Origin: Ionaspis alba
Taxonomy: Eukaryota
DNA length: 64,000 nucleotides
NCBI GenBank assembly: GCA_964255285.1
Contig: CAXUUL010000009.1
Location: 1 to 64,000, forward strand
Reading direction: 5' to 3'
Under the pieces are notes generated by a model. That model did not search any database. It was not told where the DNA came from and was given only the letters and a program-made list of their open reading frames with translations. A program made the translations under genes and the position numbers. Position 1 is the first letter of the stretch. The number at the start of each line of letters is the position of its first letter. Of this stretch, positions 38,301 through 51,050 are shown in pieces.

Positions 38301-40608
38301 CGCCGCGTTGCCTTCGAAGTGTTTTACCAATGAGAATGTAACAATAATGGGCTTCTCAGTCTTGAGAAATGATTTGCACTCTCATGCATCCAAATTCGGT
38401 GTCCAAGCTAATCCTCCGATACTCGAATGCGTGCAACGACTGACCAAAAACCTACCACCCACTAAACGTCAAGCTCGCGAGGTTTTCGAGTACTTTGCGA
38501 CAAGGCTCAACGAGCTAAAAGGCTTGCCATTGGACATTTTAGTCGATGCCAGCATCGTCCCTGTCCATTTCTCGTCAGCGGGGCCTCGACAAGTGAGGTA
38601 TCTGCCACCTCGTCTCTGCTTTCTCGGCGATGGAGGCAGATACGCTGGCGTCTTAGATTACGTGGATTTTGGGACGACGGCAAACACATTCTTATTGAGA
38701 TGTGGCTCGAAGTATGAACCTACCACCGTAGAGCTTGCCCAACTCATTGTTCGTGAGCCGGCTCGAGTGTTCACCACGTTCGATAGTACTGACAGATACC
38801 TTGATCTGCTGCGGAGCCTAGCAGACTCCTGGCCAAAGCTCAAGAAAGACTCGTCCTTAGTCAAGGATATGAGGAGGGTTCCTTTCCTCTTGGCCTATCG
38901 AGAAATGCCATCTGGGAAAGATGAACTGACAGGCCCAAACAAGCTTGGCTTAGGTCTAGATACGTACGTCGAAGAGGATGACCTCCGGGTTAGAACGTAT
39001 GAGCTTGCCAATGCTAGTGATATTATTATTGTCGACGATGTGATTGAATACAATCTATTCAAATCGGCAATTTTGGCTGCGCCTATGGAAGAAGAGTTGG
39101 AAGATTTCTACAAGGCACTTGGGTCGACAGGCTTGAGTAGCATTGTTGAGCAGTTTGCAAGAATTGGATCTGTTCTTGAGGACCAGAGTGTTGCTGTAAA
39201 GCTCCAGAAGCTGATCCTTGAACGTGTCAAGCTGTTTTTACACGATGTTCCTCGAGATGCTGTACAACATAACACAGCATGGATGGAGAAGAATTTCTCT
39301 ATTGTTGGCGTACGGTCCCTCAGCGTCCGGAAAGCTCTTCGTGGTCGTAATATCTCTCACAACATAGAAACAACAGCTACTTTCAGGAAAACCGGGACCT
39401 CGTCCTACACGCTTTACGTCACAACGAAAAGTTACGATATTTTCGACGTCAGCTCTGCCGTGTTACGTCTTCTTCTTTCACGACCGAAACCTCAACAAAC
39501 CATTGTATTAATGACACTTCTAGAGACCAACCTATACAAGCTACGATCACGAGGTTATAACGTTGAGAGGATACTACGACAGAAAGCTGCAGAAGCGCGC
39601 ATCGCCGACGAGCAACGCCAGCGACAACTAGCACAGGAGCAACAGAGGATCGAAGACCAACAAAGCGCGGAATTGGACACACGACCGCGGCATCCCGGTG
39701 GATCTGAGGATCGAATTTCAATGCCCGGTGTCTTCCCGGAGACCCCCGAACGAAAGTCCGATCAGAATCTACCGCAGCATGGCCTCGATGAACATGAAAC
39801 GAAGGATCAGAAGCAGGGAGGATTCTTTGCTAACCTTACCAGAAACTTCGGAGGAGGGTTTGATAAGAGACCGCAAGAGCGCTTGGGTGTACAAACCTCA
39901 GCAGCACCACCGCCACCACCGCCAGCTTATTCGCCGGATGGCACAGATAACGCCGTTACTCCATTAGAGCCCATTGACGATCCCAACCGTTTGCAAGAAG
40001 CCCTACGATCTGCGATCCAAGCCTCGCGACCACACAACTCGCACAGTGTTGTCAGTCAACCAAATATCGATTATGTGAATGATGTGCGAAGCTTCTGCGA
40101 TCCGAAGCCTGCGCAGAACATAAGTTTGATTGCGCAGACTGATTCAGGCACGAAGATCTTCCTCTCCAACAGTATGCCCGACAAGAACGTTTTCATGTCC
40201 CAACACCAGAACTCGTTGAATCAATTTGCTTCAGTCTTGCAAATGTCTGCAACTCCTTTCAGCCTCTCGAAGAACAACATACACATATTCCATGAACACT
40301 CCAGTACTATAGCATTCAATAGCAATAAGGCTCTCTTCTTCAATTTCCGATTCTTCGAGAAGCTCCATCTCAATTCTGTTGGCTTGAATTCTTATAATGA
40401 TGCTGTTGTCTACTGGTTCGTTGTGATGTGTCACGAGCTAGCTCATAACATCGTTTCTGACCATAGTGCCGCACATAGCTACTACACGTATGTCAGTCCC
40501 CACGAGCATCGCTTTCAAGACTAATTTCGATGTAGGGAGAGTTTCATGGTACAATACTTCGGCGTCATGGCGGGTTTCTGGAATCGCTCAGTCGGAACGA
40601 GCACATGA
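35306..40608 (+). CDS. Large (~1734 aa) GHKL/sacsin-like ATPase, DUF3684-type, with C-terminal HExxH motif
   Basis: Introns 35431-35480 and 40488-40535; VTVNTRALIDKVLARYSG, ELLQNAAD (N box), NDGQAF, KIGAFGVGFYS (G2); HELAH at 40432-40446. Confidence 0.85.
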
Positions 40609-41065
40609 ATTAGATGAGTTGTTCTCCTTAGACTAGATCGAAGCATAGCGAAGGTCTTGAAGCATAGCCATGGGCGTTGCATAGCAGCGGTATTGGGCAG
40701 GGAACTTGAATTCATCGTTGGAAACGGACAAATGGCCATAGCTCTGGTGATCTCAATCACTTATCTGAAGAGAGGTGTAAATAGTACCGGTTTCCTAGGT
40801 ACGCAACGGGGAATGGTGATCGATCGAGTGAACTTGATAATGATGGACGCGCGAATCTCGTCCGTCCTACCATTGGGGCCCTCTCGGCGCATTAAGTCAC
40901 AAGTCTTGTCGAGCGTAGTCTTGAGCTATCAATACGCTACATTGATTGTAGCACGTGATTGACGAGTCAAATTCTTGCTAGGATCCGTCCTATCACGGTA
41001 TCGGAGTATCACATTCAATATCAATTTTAGAATTCATTACCATTCGGACGTCCTCCTCCTCGAGA

Positions 41066-43594
41066 ATGTGGGGCAAAATTCTTTTCATCGACGCCTATGA
41101 TTCTTTCACTAATAATATAATCGCTTTGCTTGAGAAAGATCTTTGTTCAGAGGTTGTCCAAATCAAAATCGACAGCGAGATCGAAGATTTCCCTGCATTT
41201 TTAAAACCTTTCTCAGCCGTAGTGGCTGGTCCAGGTCCTGGGAATCCTGCAAATATCCGAGACGTGGGCTTGATACGACAGCTTTGGGATCTCCCAGATC
41301 AGCATATCATCCCAATTCTTGGAATATGTCTAGGATTTCAAAGTCTTGTACTTGCATTTGGGGGCAAAGTGGAACGACTACCGCATCCCAAGCATGGCAT
41401 TGAATCGGCAGTCATCTGCAAACGTGATTCAATTTTCCGTAAGAGTGAACGAGTTAACTCAGTCCAATATCATTCTCTTCACGCCTCATTGGGCCATGAT
41501 ACCGTGAATGAAGATATCTGGAATGTACACCCTACTTGTCCTTACCTGCAGCCACTGGCATGGGAATTTGAATGTCAAAGTTGTTTTGATACGCCAAATG
41601 GAGAAGACGAAAAGAATCCGCATTGTATCTTGATGGGAGTCAAACACGTGTCTAAGCCCTTTCATGGAATTCAGTTTCATCCCGAATCAATATGTTCGCA
41701 TCAGAACGCTCGCCAGATTGTTACGGAGTGGGGGTCACTTGTTCAAGAGTGGCACGCAAAACGCATATGTGAGGATCCTACAATCGCCACACAAATTTTG
41801 GCCAGATTGAATGACACGACATCCATCTCTGTGCCCAACGAGTGGCAGCGGCGTCACCCAAAGAAGGACTTCGATCTAGAAGATGTCCTCCTTACCCAGA
41901 AAAGACTCTGCCAATCTAGTTTATCCCTACCTTCTACTCGTGTGGAAATGTCTTGGCTTCCATCTCCACCCATAACGCCAGGGTTGTTATGCTCTTCTTT
42001 ACCTCTGGAAGCGGATCCTCCAATCAAGAGACCAGCACTAGTATCTGCTGAAGTGGAGCTCGAGGGTCTCAATGTGCCAAATATCTGCCAAATTCTCGGT
42101 TTTGGACAGGGAGAACTCATTGTCTTTGACTCAGAAATGCGGCAAATGCCAGAGGTCGGAGGTCATAGCATTATCGGAATCCTTGAGCCCGAAATTACCA
42201 CCATTCATTACACCGTTGGCAGCCAGAGAGTTGAGCGGAAGTGTAATGGCAGAAGTACTATCGACTATCTTGGAAACAACGGCGGTACGATATTCTTATA
42301 CCTGAAAAATTTCATGCAAAGGCACAGGATTGAGAGCGATCATCAAGCCTCTCCATTTTGGGGTGGTCTCATGGGTATCATAACGTACGAAGCTTGTTTG
42401 GAATCAATCGAGGTTCAGGCAACCCCAAGTCCACATGGCAGGCCGGACATTATGTTTGCTTTCGTCGAGCGAAGCATTGTGATAGATCACTTGAGAAGCA
42501 AGGTATACATCCAAAGTATCAAGCCTGGGGATGAGAACAGCTGGCTTCCAGGGATACGTGAATTGCTTAAAGCAAAATCAGTAGGTTGGACTCCTGAGTA
42601 CGGCCAACGTGATGATACTTCAGAGCAAACCGGACCACACGAGCTCATATTGCCCTCAGAGGTGTCCTACAAGGCTAAAATTCGAAAGTGTCAAGAGCAG
42701 ATTCGGGCGGGCAATTCGTATGAATTGTGCCTTACAGCTCAACTAGTGGCCAAAGGAACAAGCACGGGGGGAGATGAGCTCTGGCCGCTTTATCTGCGGC
42801 TAAGATCCATAAATCCAGCACCATTCTCGGCCTTTGTGCACCTTGGTCCGCTTACATTGTTATCCACTTCACCAGAGCGTTTCTTATCATGGAGCCGTCC
42901 TCGTCTCACGACAGAGAACGAAACAGTTTCAACCTGCCAATTCAGACCTATCAAGGGAACGGTTCAGAAATATCAGATGGCCACCTGTGGGAAGACTCGC
43001 ACCGTCGGCGTGGTGGAGGCGACAAGAATTCTCTCGACGAAGAAGGAACGAGCGGAAAACCTCATGATCGTGGACTTGATACGGCATGATCTGCATGGCG
43101 TTGTTGGAGCCGGAAATGTTACGGTCACGGAGTTAATGGCTGTGGAAGAGTATGACAGCGTCTTTCAACTAGTCAGCGTTATTGAAGGTAACCTCCGAAA
43201 CACACCGAACATCGGACGAGAGCCAAGTATTGTAGATGACAAGGATTGCTATACCGCAGGTCCCAAGACGGGGATCGATGTACTTGCCGCTAGTCTGCCC
43301 CCAGGAAGCATGACCGGGGCACCCAAACGGAGATCATGTGAAATCTTGCAAGATCTCGAGGGTCATCAGCCTCGCTCCGCCTACTCCGGTGTTCTTGGGT
43401 ATATGTGTGTTGGTGGTGGGGGAGACTTCTCGGTTATTATTAGGTCTCTATTCAGATGGGATGATAGCGACGGTGGTGGGGGAAAGTACTGGAACATTGG
43501 GGCTGGAGGGGCTGTCACGGGTTTGAGTACGGAAGAAGGAGAGTGGGAGGAGATGCTGGGAAAGATGCAGAGTACAATGAGGGTATTTGGGTAA
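41066..43594 (+). CDS. ABZ1: Aminodeoxychorismate (PABA) synthase, fused glutamine amidotransferase and chorismate-binding domains
   Basis: IDAYDSFT, GPGPG, GICLG, QFHPES; SYELCLT, SPERFL, PIKGT, KERAENLMIVDLIRHDL, PPGSMTGAPK, GAGGAVT; single exon. Confidence 0.95.
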   Translation: MWGKILFIDAYDSFTNNIIALLEKDLCSEVVQIKIDSEIEDFPAFLKPFSAVVAGPGPGNPANIRDVGLIRQLWDLPDQHIIPILGICLGFQSLVLAFGGKVERLPHPKHGIESAVICKRDSIFRKSERVNSVQYHSLHASLGHDTVNEDIWNVHPTCPYLQPLAWEFECQSCFDTPNGEDEKNPHCILMGVKHVSKPFHGIQFHPESICSHQNARQIVTEWGSLVQEWHAKRICEDPTIATQILARLNDTTSISVPNEWQRRHPKKDFDLEDVLLTQKRLCQSSLSLPSTRVEMSWLPSPPITPGLLCSSLPLEADPPIKRPALVSAEVELEGLNVPNICQILGFGQGELIVFDSEMRQMPEVGGHSIIGILEPEITTIHYTVGSQRVERKCNGRSTIDYLGNNGGTIFLYLKNFMQRHRIESDHQASPFWGGLMGIITYEACLESIEVQATPSPHGRPDIMFAFVERSIVIDHLRSKVYIQSIKPGDENSWLPGIRELLKAKSVGWTPEYGQRDDTSEQTGPHELILPSEVSYKAKIRKCQEQIRAGNSYELCLTAQLVAKGTSTGGDELWPLYLRLRSINPAPFSAFVHLGPLTLLSTSPERFLSWSRPRLTTENETVSTCQFRPIKGTVQKYQMATCGKTRTVGVVEATRILSTKKERAENLMIVDLIRHDLHGVVGAGNVTVTELMAVEEYDSVFQLVSVIEGNLRNTPNIGREPSIVDDKDCYTAGPKTGIDVLAASLPPGSMTGAPKRRSCEILQDLEGHQPRSAYSGVLGYMCVGGGGDFSVIIRSLFRWDDSDGGGGKYWNIGAGGAVTGLSTEEGEWEEMLGKMQSTMRVFG

Positions 43595-44764
43595 ATCAGA
43601 ACAGCGCCGTGATGCCGCCGGAAGCTACCTTCCAGCAACTTTCAACGAGGAGGAGGACCTCAATTCCCCGCAGCCGCGAGCCAGTCCGACAAGGCGGCAT
43701 GTCACCGGCGGGTGATCAACAGCTCATACGTTACGAGCACATACCAGACCCATCCTACTACTGGCTTTTCCCCGCAGTGGCGACGCAGTCGGTGCTGCTC
43801 ATCGGATATGCTTTGAGGAGCAGCAAGTTCCTAGCATACGAAAACATTTTCGTCTGCGCATCGGGCCAGAACAACCTCACCATATATTGCCGAGCGTTCA
43901 AAGAACAGCATGATATCTGCTTTGATTGTTGATCAAGTCGTCGAGTAGTAGCCAGGACTGCGAATATCACCTAGTAAGAAGATCAGAAATAACTCCAGTG
44001 GAGACAGAAACATATCTGTGATCGAGGTGGAATTCCGATAGCCTTCCTAGCACTTGAAGAGTTCTAGGTATTCCCAGTCGAACGGTCTACTCTACCGGAT
44101 TAAAAGCATCCAAAGATAGGAATCCGGTATGCACGTGTTGCTTCCCCGTGTAGCCGCACTAAGTCCAAAACGAATCTAGTGTCGATATGAGCGCAGTAGT
44201 CAAAGAAAGCCTTGGCGGGCTGCTCGTACTAGACGCACTAATGGAAGCTTATCGTAACGCCCCATTGCAACCTCGACAAGACACTACGGCCGAAAGCCTT
44301 GCAGCCATCTATCGTTGCATTGTCCACTCATAGGTTGTCTTTGCTTGACTTATGCACCTACCTCTGCTCATTTATGCGGCTAGTACAGCTAGACCAATCG
44401 AGCTCGCAACGATGCAGCTATTGATAGCACCTAGAACCATCCCTCGTTCCCGCACGAGGCTGAGGTTCGGACCCAGGACGCATCAACAGCTGCCGTCGTG
44501 GAGATTGGCGTAAGGCTCCCCAGTTATGGGAGGGAAGAGCTTCAGTCTCTCTATCGTGGGTTGCAACGGTTGTAGCTTCTTACATTCTCGACCTCGTCGT
44601 TTCAACCTCGATTTTGTGGCTCCTGATTCCAGTTGTGACATACAGTTCTTGGACCATAATCGTAGTTGAAGGCTGTTCGGATTGTACCTCTGTCAGAACT
44701 CCTCGTCGCACACTCGCGACAGACGTCTCCCACTAGAGGCAATCCGCGCCCGTCGGTCCCAGAA

Positions 44765-46244
44765 ATGGCAGGATGTGGGTTTACCAGAGCTCTAGGGCTT
44801 CTGTATTTTGTCTCTCGCGCTCTTGCAATCCCACGGCTTGAGCTCGTACCCACGCCGACGGGCCTTATGGCTGAAGTGGGTATGTCGCTGCTGCCGACGC
44901 AAGCTCCAGGACTCAATGGAATACCACGAGAGCTGTTACGGAGGCAGAATCCACCATTTCCGCCTCCGGCAAACTATTGTGGATTCGTCAATGGCAGATC
45001 CGGTATGCTTTTTGGTTAAGCATGTTGACAAGTCCGCACGCTCACCTCGTTCAAGATGACATACTCTCTTGCACTGCGACCGACTATTGCGTCTATTTCG
45101 GATCTGCGATGGGTTGTTGTGAGAGTGGATTGTTTGCGACCTGCACACAGGTTTTCACAGCCTGCCGTGAATACACCGACTTTTGTGATGCTGCTTGCAT
45201 GTCAAATCATAATATACTGAAATGGTACGATTCTTCTCGATTGTCCACGGGATCCCGAATGCTCAATCCTACTCTAGTGCTCTTGCCACCCGACCTTACT
45301 GCGGGACTTACAGGTTTGCGGGTGGTACAAGTCTCCTCAATTGTGAACGTTCACCCTTGGTTGACTCCAGTGTACAATTTCTCATGGACTTCTACATCTC
45401 TTCCTTATCCACTCTGATCTCTTCTGTGGGACCCATCTTCGTCTCAGCCACTACACAGTGGGTCCAGCCTGTTACCGTGACCGCTCCTTTACCTCCGTCT
45501 CCGTTGAGCAGTCAGAATACCACCAGTCCAAATCCTTCTCCAGACAACAAATCTGGTGGTCTGTCTACGGGCGCCATCATAGGAATTGCCGTCGGTGCCG
45601 TGGTGGTAGTACTCGCGATCATTATTGCTCTTCTAATTGTCTTCTGTATCCGGCGTCGAGACAGAAATCGACGAGAGTCTCAAGCAAATCCGGGAAACCA
45701 CGGCCTGCCAATGCAAACTCAATCCTTACTACCGCCAAATGGCCCATTCGATGGAAAGCCCTACCAGCCAGTCTCACAGCAAGAGATCTCCAGTGCACAT
45801 GGCCCACTTTCACCACCGCTGCCAACTTATTCGGATCAGAAGCCAATACCACCCCCAAGTCCGATCTCTACCCCACAGCCGACAGAAAATAAAGCCATGA
45901 CAGCACTCGGCCGCAAGCCAGTCGCAGGAAGCCCTAACGCTAGTAATTCAGATCGCACGAGGTACAGCGAAGCTCCCTCGGCGATGACTACTCCTCGATC
46001 TCCCTCTATTCCGCATCCTAATCTTAGTGAAGTGGACGGTGACATATATAGAGGGCCAACGTCGTATAATATGACCGAGGTAGAGGGTCTCAGCATTCCT
46101 CTACGGCATTCCGGACAATCTCCACTTGAGCTCGAACATCGATATCACAGCGGAATGTTCGAGGCACCAGGGTCTACGATGTTCCGGACGCCTTCGGAGA
46201 ACAACATTTACGAGATGGAAAGTGGTGAACGATATGCGCAATGA
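44765..46244 (+). CDS. Single-pass type I membrane protein with signal peptide, Cys-rich ectodomain, Ser/Thr stalk and Pro-rich cytoplasmic tail
   Basis: Introns 45003-45055 and 45225-45277; RELLRRQ (possible Kex2 site), about 10 Cys, GLSTGAIIGIAVGAVVVVLAIIIALLIVFCIRRR TM, tail with acidic EV(D/E)G and YEM motifs. Confidence 0.8.
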
Positions 46245-48247
46245 TTAATCTTCCAGGAAGAGAGGATGCTATTAAGGGTATGAATTGAATCTTTGTCGAT
46301 GATTTATGTTGGTGGGCGACTTGGCTGGTTGATCTTCTACGCCACTATCAAACACGAACCGTGACTTTTGAGCCATCACATTGCGTACAGTCTCTGGCTT
46401 TAGATGGTAGCAGTCATACCGATTCGGCACGACTCTGGGCATCGGCTCTCCCACGCGAAAACCCTTCCCAGGAGCAGACTGCGTTCTGTGATCTACGATC
46501 AGCAAATTGATGGAGTACGCTTACAAATCATGTAGCGCCCGATCGGCTTTTACGGTTGTGGCAAAGGCTGCCCGCGGAGGAAGCAAGCTGGGAAGAAAAA
46601 GTGAAAGGAAGAAGTTAAACTAAAGCTGGCGTTGGAGCCGCTATGGAAAGCGATGACGAGCGTGAGACTGCCCGCTCAACGGCCCACTAATTGCGATGGA
46701 CTAGTTTTTCTTGAAGCATGTCTTATGTATGGGTGGAGGTTACTCAATTTATGAGCTTCAGACCTCTTTCATGTTTTACCCTAGACGTTCACGGAAGTCA
46801 TGTCAGGTTCTTCTTATTGTCAATAATGCCTTTAGCTGGACTTCGATATGTGTAATGAACACTTATTCGAGCTTGAACTAAGTGCGTCTCTATCGTTACG
46901 TGACATGTTTTTCGACCAGTTGCGGCGACGTCGAACGTCTTCAGCAGATTCTTGTGACACAGATCTGAAATTCAGCGCGTTCACTCCTACGAATTGAAGC
47001 TTTTCGCTCAAACCTCGTGATTTACAGAGCAGACCTCTCGACTCGCCGACTGCTGCTCACGCTTATATGATATGAGCTTGTGCATAAGCAACTAAGCAGC
47101 AAGAATTGCCAAAATCAAATAGGAAGTACACCAGCCCTTCCAGCGGCTTCAAAAATTTAGCAGATCTAGTGAGTTCAAGCCTTGACAGGTGAGACACGCC
47201 TGAAGAAAAGCTTTACTTGCGTTAGATTCCCTCAAGCCTTCTTACTACCACAACTGACTTATGTGGCAGACACCATATCTCCAGCCCCTTCCTACGCAAA
47301 ATACCTCAATACGCTTCTCCCCAGGATAGGCTGGAGCTCAACAGCCAGATAGTGAGCAACGATGTGTATCTGACACAAGTTCTTCTTCGCAGCCTGTAAG
47401 GAGTCCATGGATGGCAGATTTGAGTCTTGTGGAGACTGGAAGCATCAGATTGTGGCCGAGAAATTCTTCGTGGTGAACGATTACTGTCCAAACAAAGTGC
47501 AAGGCTACATGAGGAATGGTGGTCGGTTACGGGTGGTATTCAGGGAACAGATCGTGATCTTGGACAACGTGATCTCAAAATTGAAGAAGTTACCTATTGC
47601 ACGGGATGGGATGTGGCGGATTTGATTCGAAAAGTTGCACACTGGTGATGGGTTTAAAGCGTGCACGTCTCCTGCGACCGCTTCCTGTCAAGAGCTGTAG
47701 ATACTGCGATCTTTGCAAGTAGAAGACGGAAACATTACAGACTGTACCTCTCGGCTCATGTGGTCGACAATCTCGAATTGAGTGACTGAGATCCTCACAA
47801 CGTCGACCGAGACCGCTCTCCGCTACGAGTCCCCCAAGAAAACACGTCCGGCTCGTAGTTCTGTCTTAACTAAATCTGGAGAACCATAGAGTTATGCTGG
47901 TTTCTCCGTAACCATGTAATATGCTGCAGTGGTTGCCGCGTTGACGAATATCCGTGGAAGATTTGCATGTGGTATACATGCCTCAAAACTTTAGGGGCAG
48001 AGTCTCAGGTGGCTTAGGTGGTGGATTCGCTCAATTCGGCTTATTTAGCTGCTAGACTACTGAGCTTTGGCGGAGTCGTTGGTCGGATTTCCGGACCTCT
48101 TCCGAGGGCATTCTCGCTAATCTGATCCTTCATTGAAGCTTCTGTGCTTCTGTTCTTCACATCTTCCGGTCGTTGTTGGATGCTGGTCAATCAGAGTAGC
48201 TGGGGCCGGCAGTTTGACGGCATAGGTGGTTCCTGCCGTTCTTCGTC

Positions 48248-49346
48248 ATGGAGATCTCGGAGGATCCTCCTCTTGACGAGATAAGATGGAGCTCACCATC
48301 TATTGCTCAAGGTATGGGCGGCATACACACCAACACAGGTAAGGATGTTCCACTCATAGCCCTTTAAAGGTAATCTGACCTGTCTACAGTTCTCCCATAT
48401 TTTGCGGAATCGGTGTTCTTCGACAAGACCTCCAACAATGCCACCCTCGCAACACAGGCTCTCTACAACCCCAACATGTATCACATCCTCCAGACCCGCG
48501 AGGCTTTCGAGGGAAGGTTGAGGAGCATGGCCGGATTAGAATACTCCGTGGTGGGCGACCCATCGAAAAACGGCACACAACCAGAGAACAGTGGGGTCTG
48601 GGTGATTCGGAAGCAGAATAGGCGGAAGAGACAAGGTTTCGATGATGAGATCACTCCCATCAGCTCATATTTTGTGATTGGTGAGAATATCTACATGGCA
48701 CCGTCTGTCGCTAATGTCCTACAAAGCAGAATGGTATGATGGTCCTACACGTCCAGTCAGTGCAGATGCTGATGATTTTGCAAAGCTTTCCACTGTCTCT
48801 TCTTTAACAAAAGCTCTAGAGAAGGCGTCTACTTTGCCTATTTTTTCACCTGCGCTTGGACACACCTATCTACCTCCTACTTCGAAATCCCTCTCGACAA
48901 GCAACAGTTTACAAGTCACACAAGCTAGCAAAGAGAACACTCCCATGCCCGAAACACAGGGGAGCGCACAGGGCTCCAAAGCACCTCTGACCTCGGACAA
49001 AGCGTCTGCAGCCGATTTCCGTGCAGCCACCCTATTGGCCAAGTCCTTCAGTCTTTCAACGCGGTATGGCCATGAATATATGGATGAAAACCCAGCCGTC
49101 GGAGAGCCAGGTTCTTTCATACTGCAAAAGTCGCGTGAGCCAGCAATGCCACAGTCTCAGCCTGTAATCAAGACTACCGCGTCTGCAAAACCTTCTTCTC
49201 CACCTACGCCAGCACCTTTAAATACTGATATACCGCCATTAGAAATGAAGAAAGGGCTGAAGGGTGGAGAGAAGACTCCGATTACTCCAGGAACAAGAGA
49301 GAAGAAGAGGAAGAAGAGTCGGATCGCTACTTCTACTCCAAAATAA
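48248..49346 (+). CDS. MED6: Mediator of RNA polymerase II transcription subunit 6
   Basis: PPLDEIRW..GIHTNT | VLPYFAESVFFDKTSNN..GLEY..VWVIRKQNR..YFVIGENIYMAPS; introns 48339-48389 and 48734-48785. Confidence 0.92.
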
Positions 49347-49686
49347 GTGATACTGCTACATAACAGATTTGGACGATTTAATGGTTTGGGAAATTTACTG
49401 GCGACATCGAATTCATGATACCCATCGTTGTAAGCATAATAGACTCCGCAAAAACTATGATAGACAATAATTTAGTTCTAATATTGAATCCTCAACTCGA
49501 AGTCAATAATAGCAATGTATAGTATAGTTCTTGCATCGTCTTACCGGCATAATCTCCGTAAACACCGAGGTGCCATGAAGATTTCTGCTTAGCAAGCGAA
49601 TTTCCTCTGAAACACAGTGAACTATTACGCTCGAAATATTGAGAAAGATAATAATCTGAAGATGGCCAAACCACCTTGAACTCTCG

Positions 49687-51050
49687 ATGACCACTAATAA
49701 TCCTCCTCATTTCCCCCCGAGTGTCTCACCTCAGACTTGGCTGCTCAGTTCGGGTGCTTGCCCTCTCGGCATCAGGCTCGCACGCGCTCTCCTCGCACAT
49801 GGTGACTCTGTGGTCCTAGGTGTGAAACCTTCTCTCCTAGAAACATCGCAAGCTTCAGCATCACGCTTGGAAACGCCTTTGAAGAGGGCAGAAGACCTCG
49901 GACGCTTTGTGAGTGATGAGGTTGAGAAAGACGAGGGCTGGAAGGCACGATGTCGGGTGGTCGGTTTGGACTGCAGGTGGGAAAACCTTCGACGGTACGC
50001 CGCGAACCATGTTGAACATGTATCGCTGATGGACAACAGCGTCGTAGGTCAATGCCAGGCAGCAGTTGCGGACGCGGTGAAAGCATTTGCGAATGTCGAT
50101 GTTCTTCTTTGCTGTGCTAGTGAGAGTAAGAGGCGAATACTCTTATAAAGGCCTGCGATTGAGGCAGTGTTTGCTGATGGTTTCCAGCCGTCATTGGAAC
50201 AGTGGAAGAGCTCTCAGCTTCCCCGTGTACTTTGACAGCCATGCGCGAGCAAATGGAAACAAACTTCTTCGGGCCGGTAAACATGATCAAGGCTACGCTC
50301 TCAGCGATGAGGTCAAGAAGGAACGGACATATTATAGTTTTGACGGGCATTAGTCAGTGCGCCTTCTTGCAGCGAGAATATCTACTAATTCGGACCAGCA
50401 AGTCATCTAGGCACTCCTGGTCTAGGAATCTACTGTGCTTCCGTATGGGCACTTGAAGGCTTCTGTGATGTACACGCCCACCCTCAACTTCCTTCTTCAC
50501 GTGACAACCATGAATCCAATACTGACAAGATTGATAGAGTCTGGCCTACGAAATCGCTCCTTTCAATATCAGAATGACCATTGTCCAACCAAATTTGGAA
50601 GTAAACGTACTCACGAATAAGATCACTGCTGTGCCTAACCTCCATTCCTACTCAGCTTCTGATCACCCGGCCCCTTTGGCTCGTTCGATCATAGGTGGAC
50701 TGCTGGACAGGATGTCCCCTCCTCCAGCGCACCAAGCCGATGACTTTGATTCACAGTGTGAAACTGAGGAGGTAGAGCGGACTCATTTCTCGTCGTCAGT
50801 CGAGATTGAAGCAATCTATCCTCCTCTTCGGGAAGAAATGGAAAGTGCGCTCTTGGCCGAGACCATCCATGCTATGACGGCTATAGGCGGTCTTGAGAAC
50901 CCGCCAGCAAGGCATATTGTGGGGTTCGAGGGGGTGGCGAGTGTGAAAGAGAAGCTAAAGACAGTGAGTGAGGAATTGGAGGATTTTGTGGAAGTGAGTT
51001 CTGCTGTAGATATTGAAGACAGAGCAGCACTAGTGGACGTCGTCGTCTAG
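49687..51050 (+). CDS. Short-chain dehydrogenase/reductase-like protein with degenerate motifs
   Basis: Introns 49977-50039, 50126-50187, 50353-50398, 50470-50537; METNFFGPVN, GHIIVLTG, YCASVWALEGFCDSLAYEIAPFNIRMTIVQP. Confidence 0.85.

Noticed and set aside
43600..43990. Minus-strand splice-like signals and short ORFs after ABZ1, a possible pseudogene
   Set aside because: No continuous frame or recognisable homology
46250..48240. 2-kb intergenic stretch considered as a telomerase RNA or gene remnant
   Set aside because: No TAACCCTAA template on either strand and only short featureless ORFs
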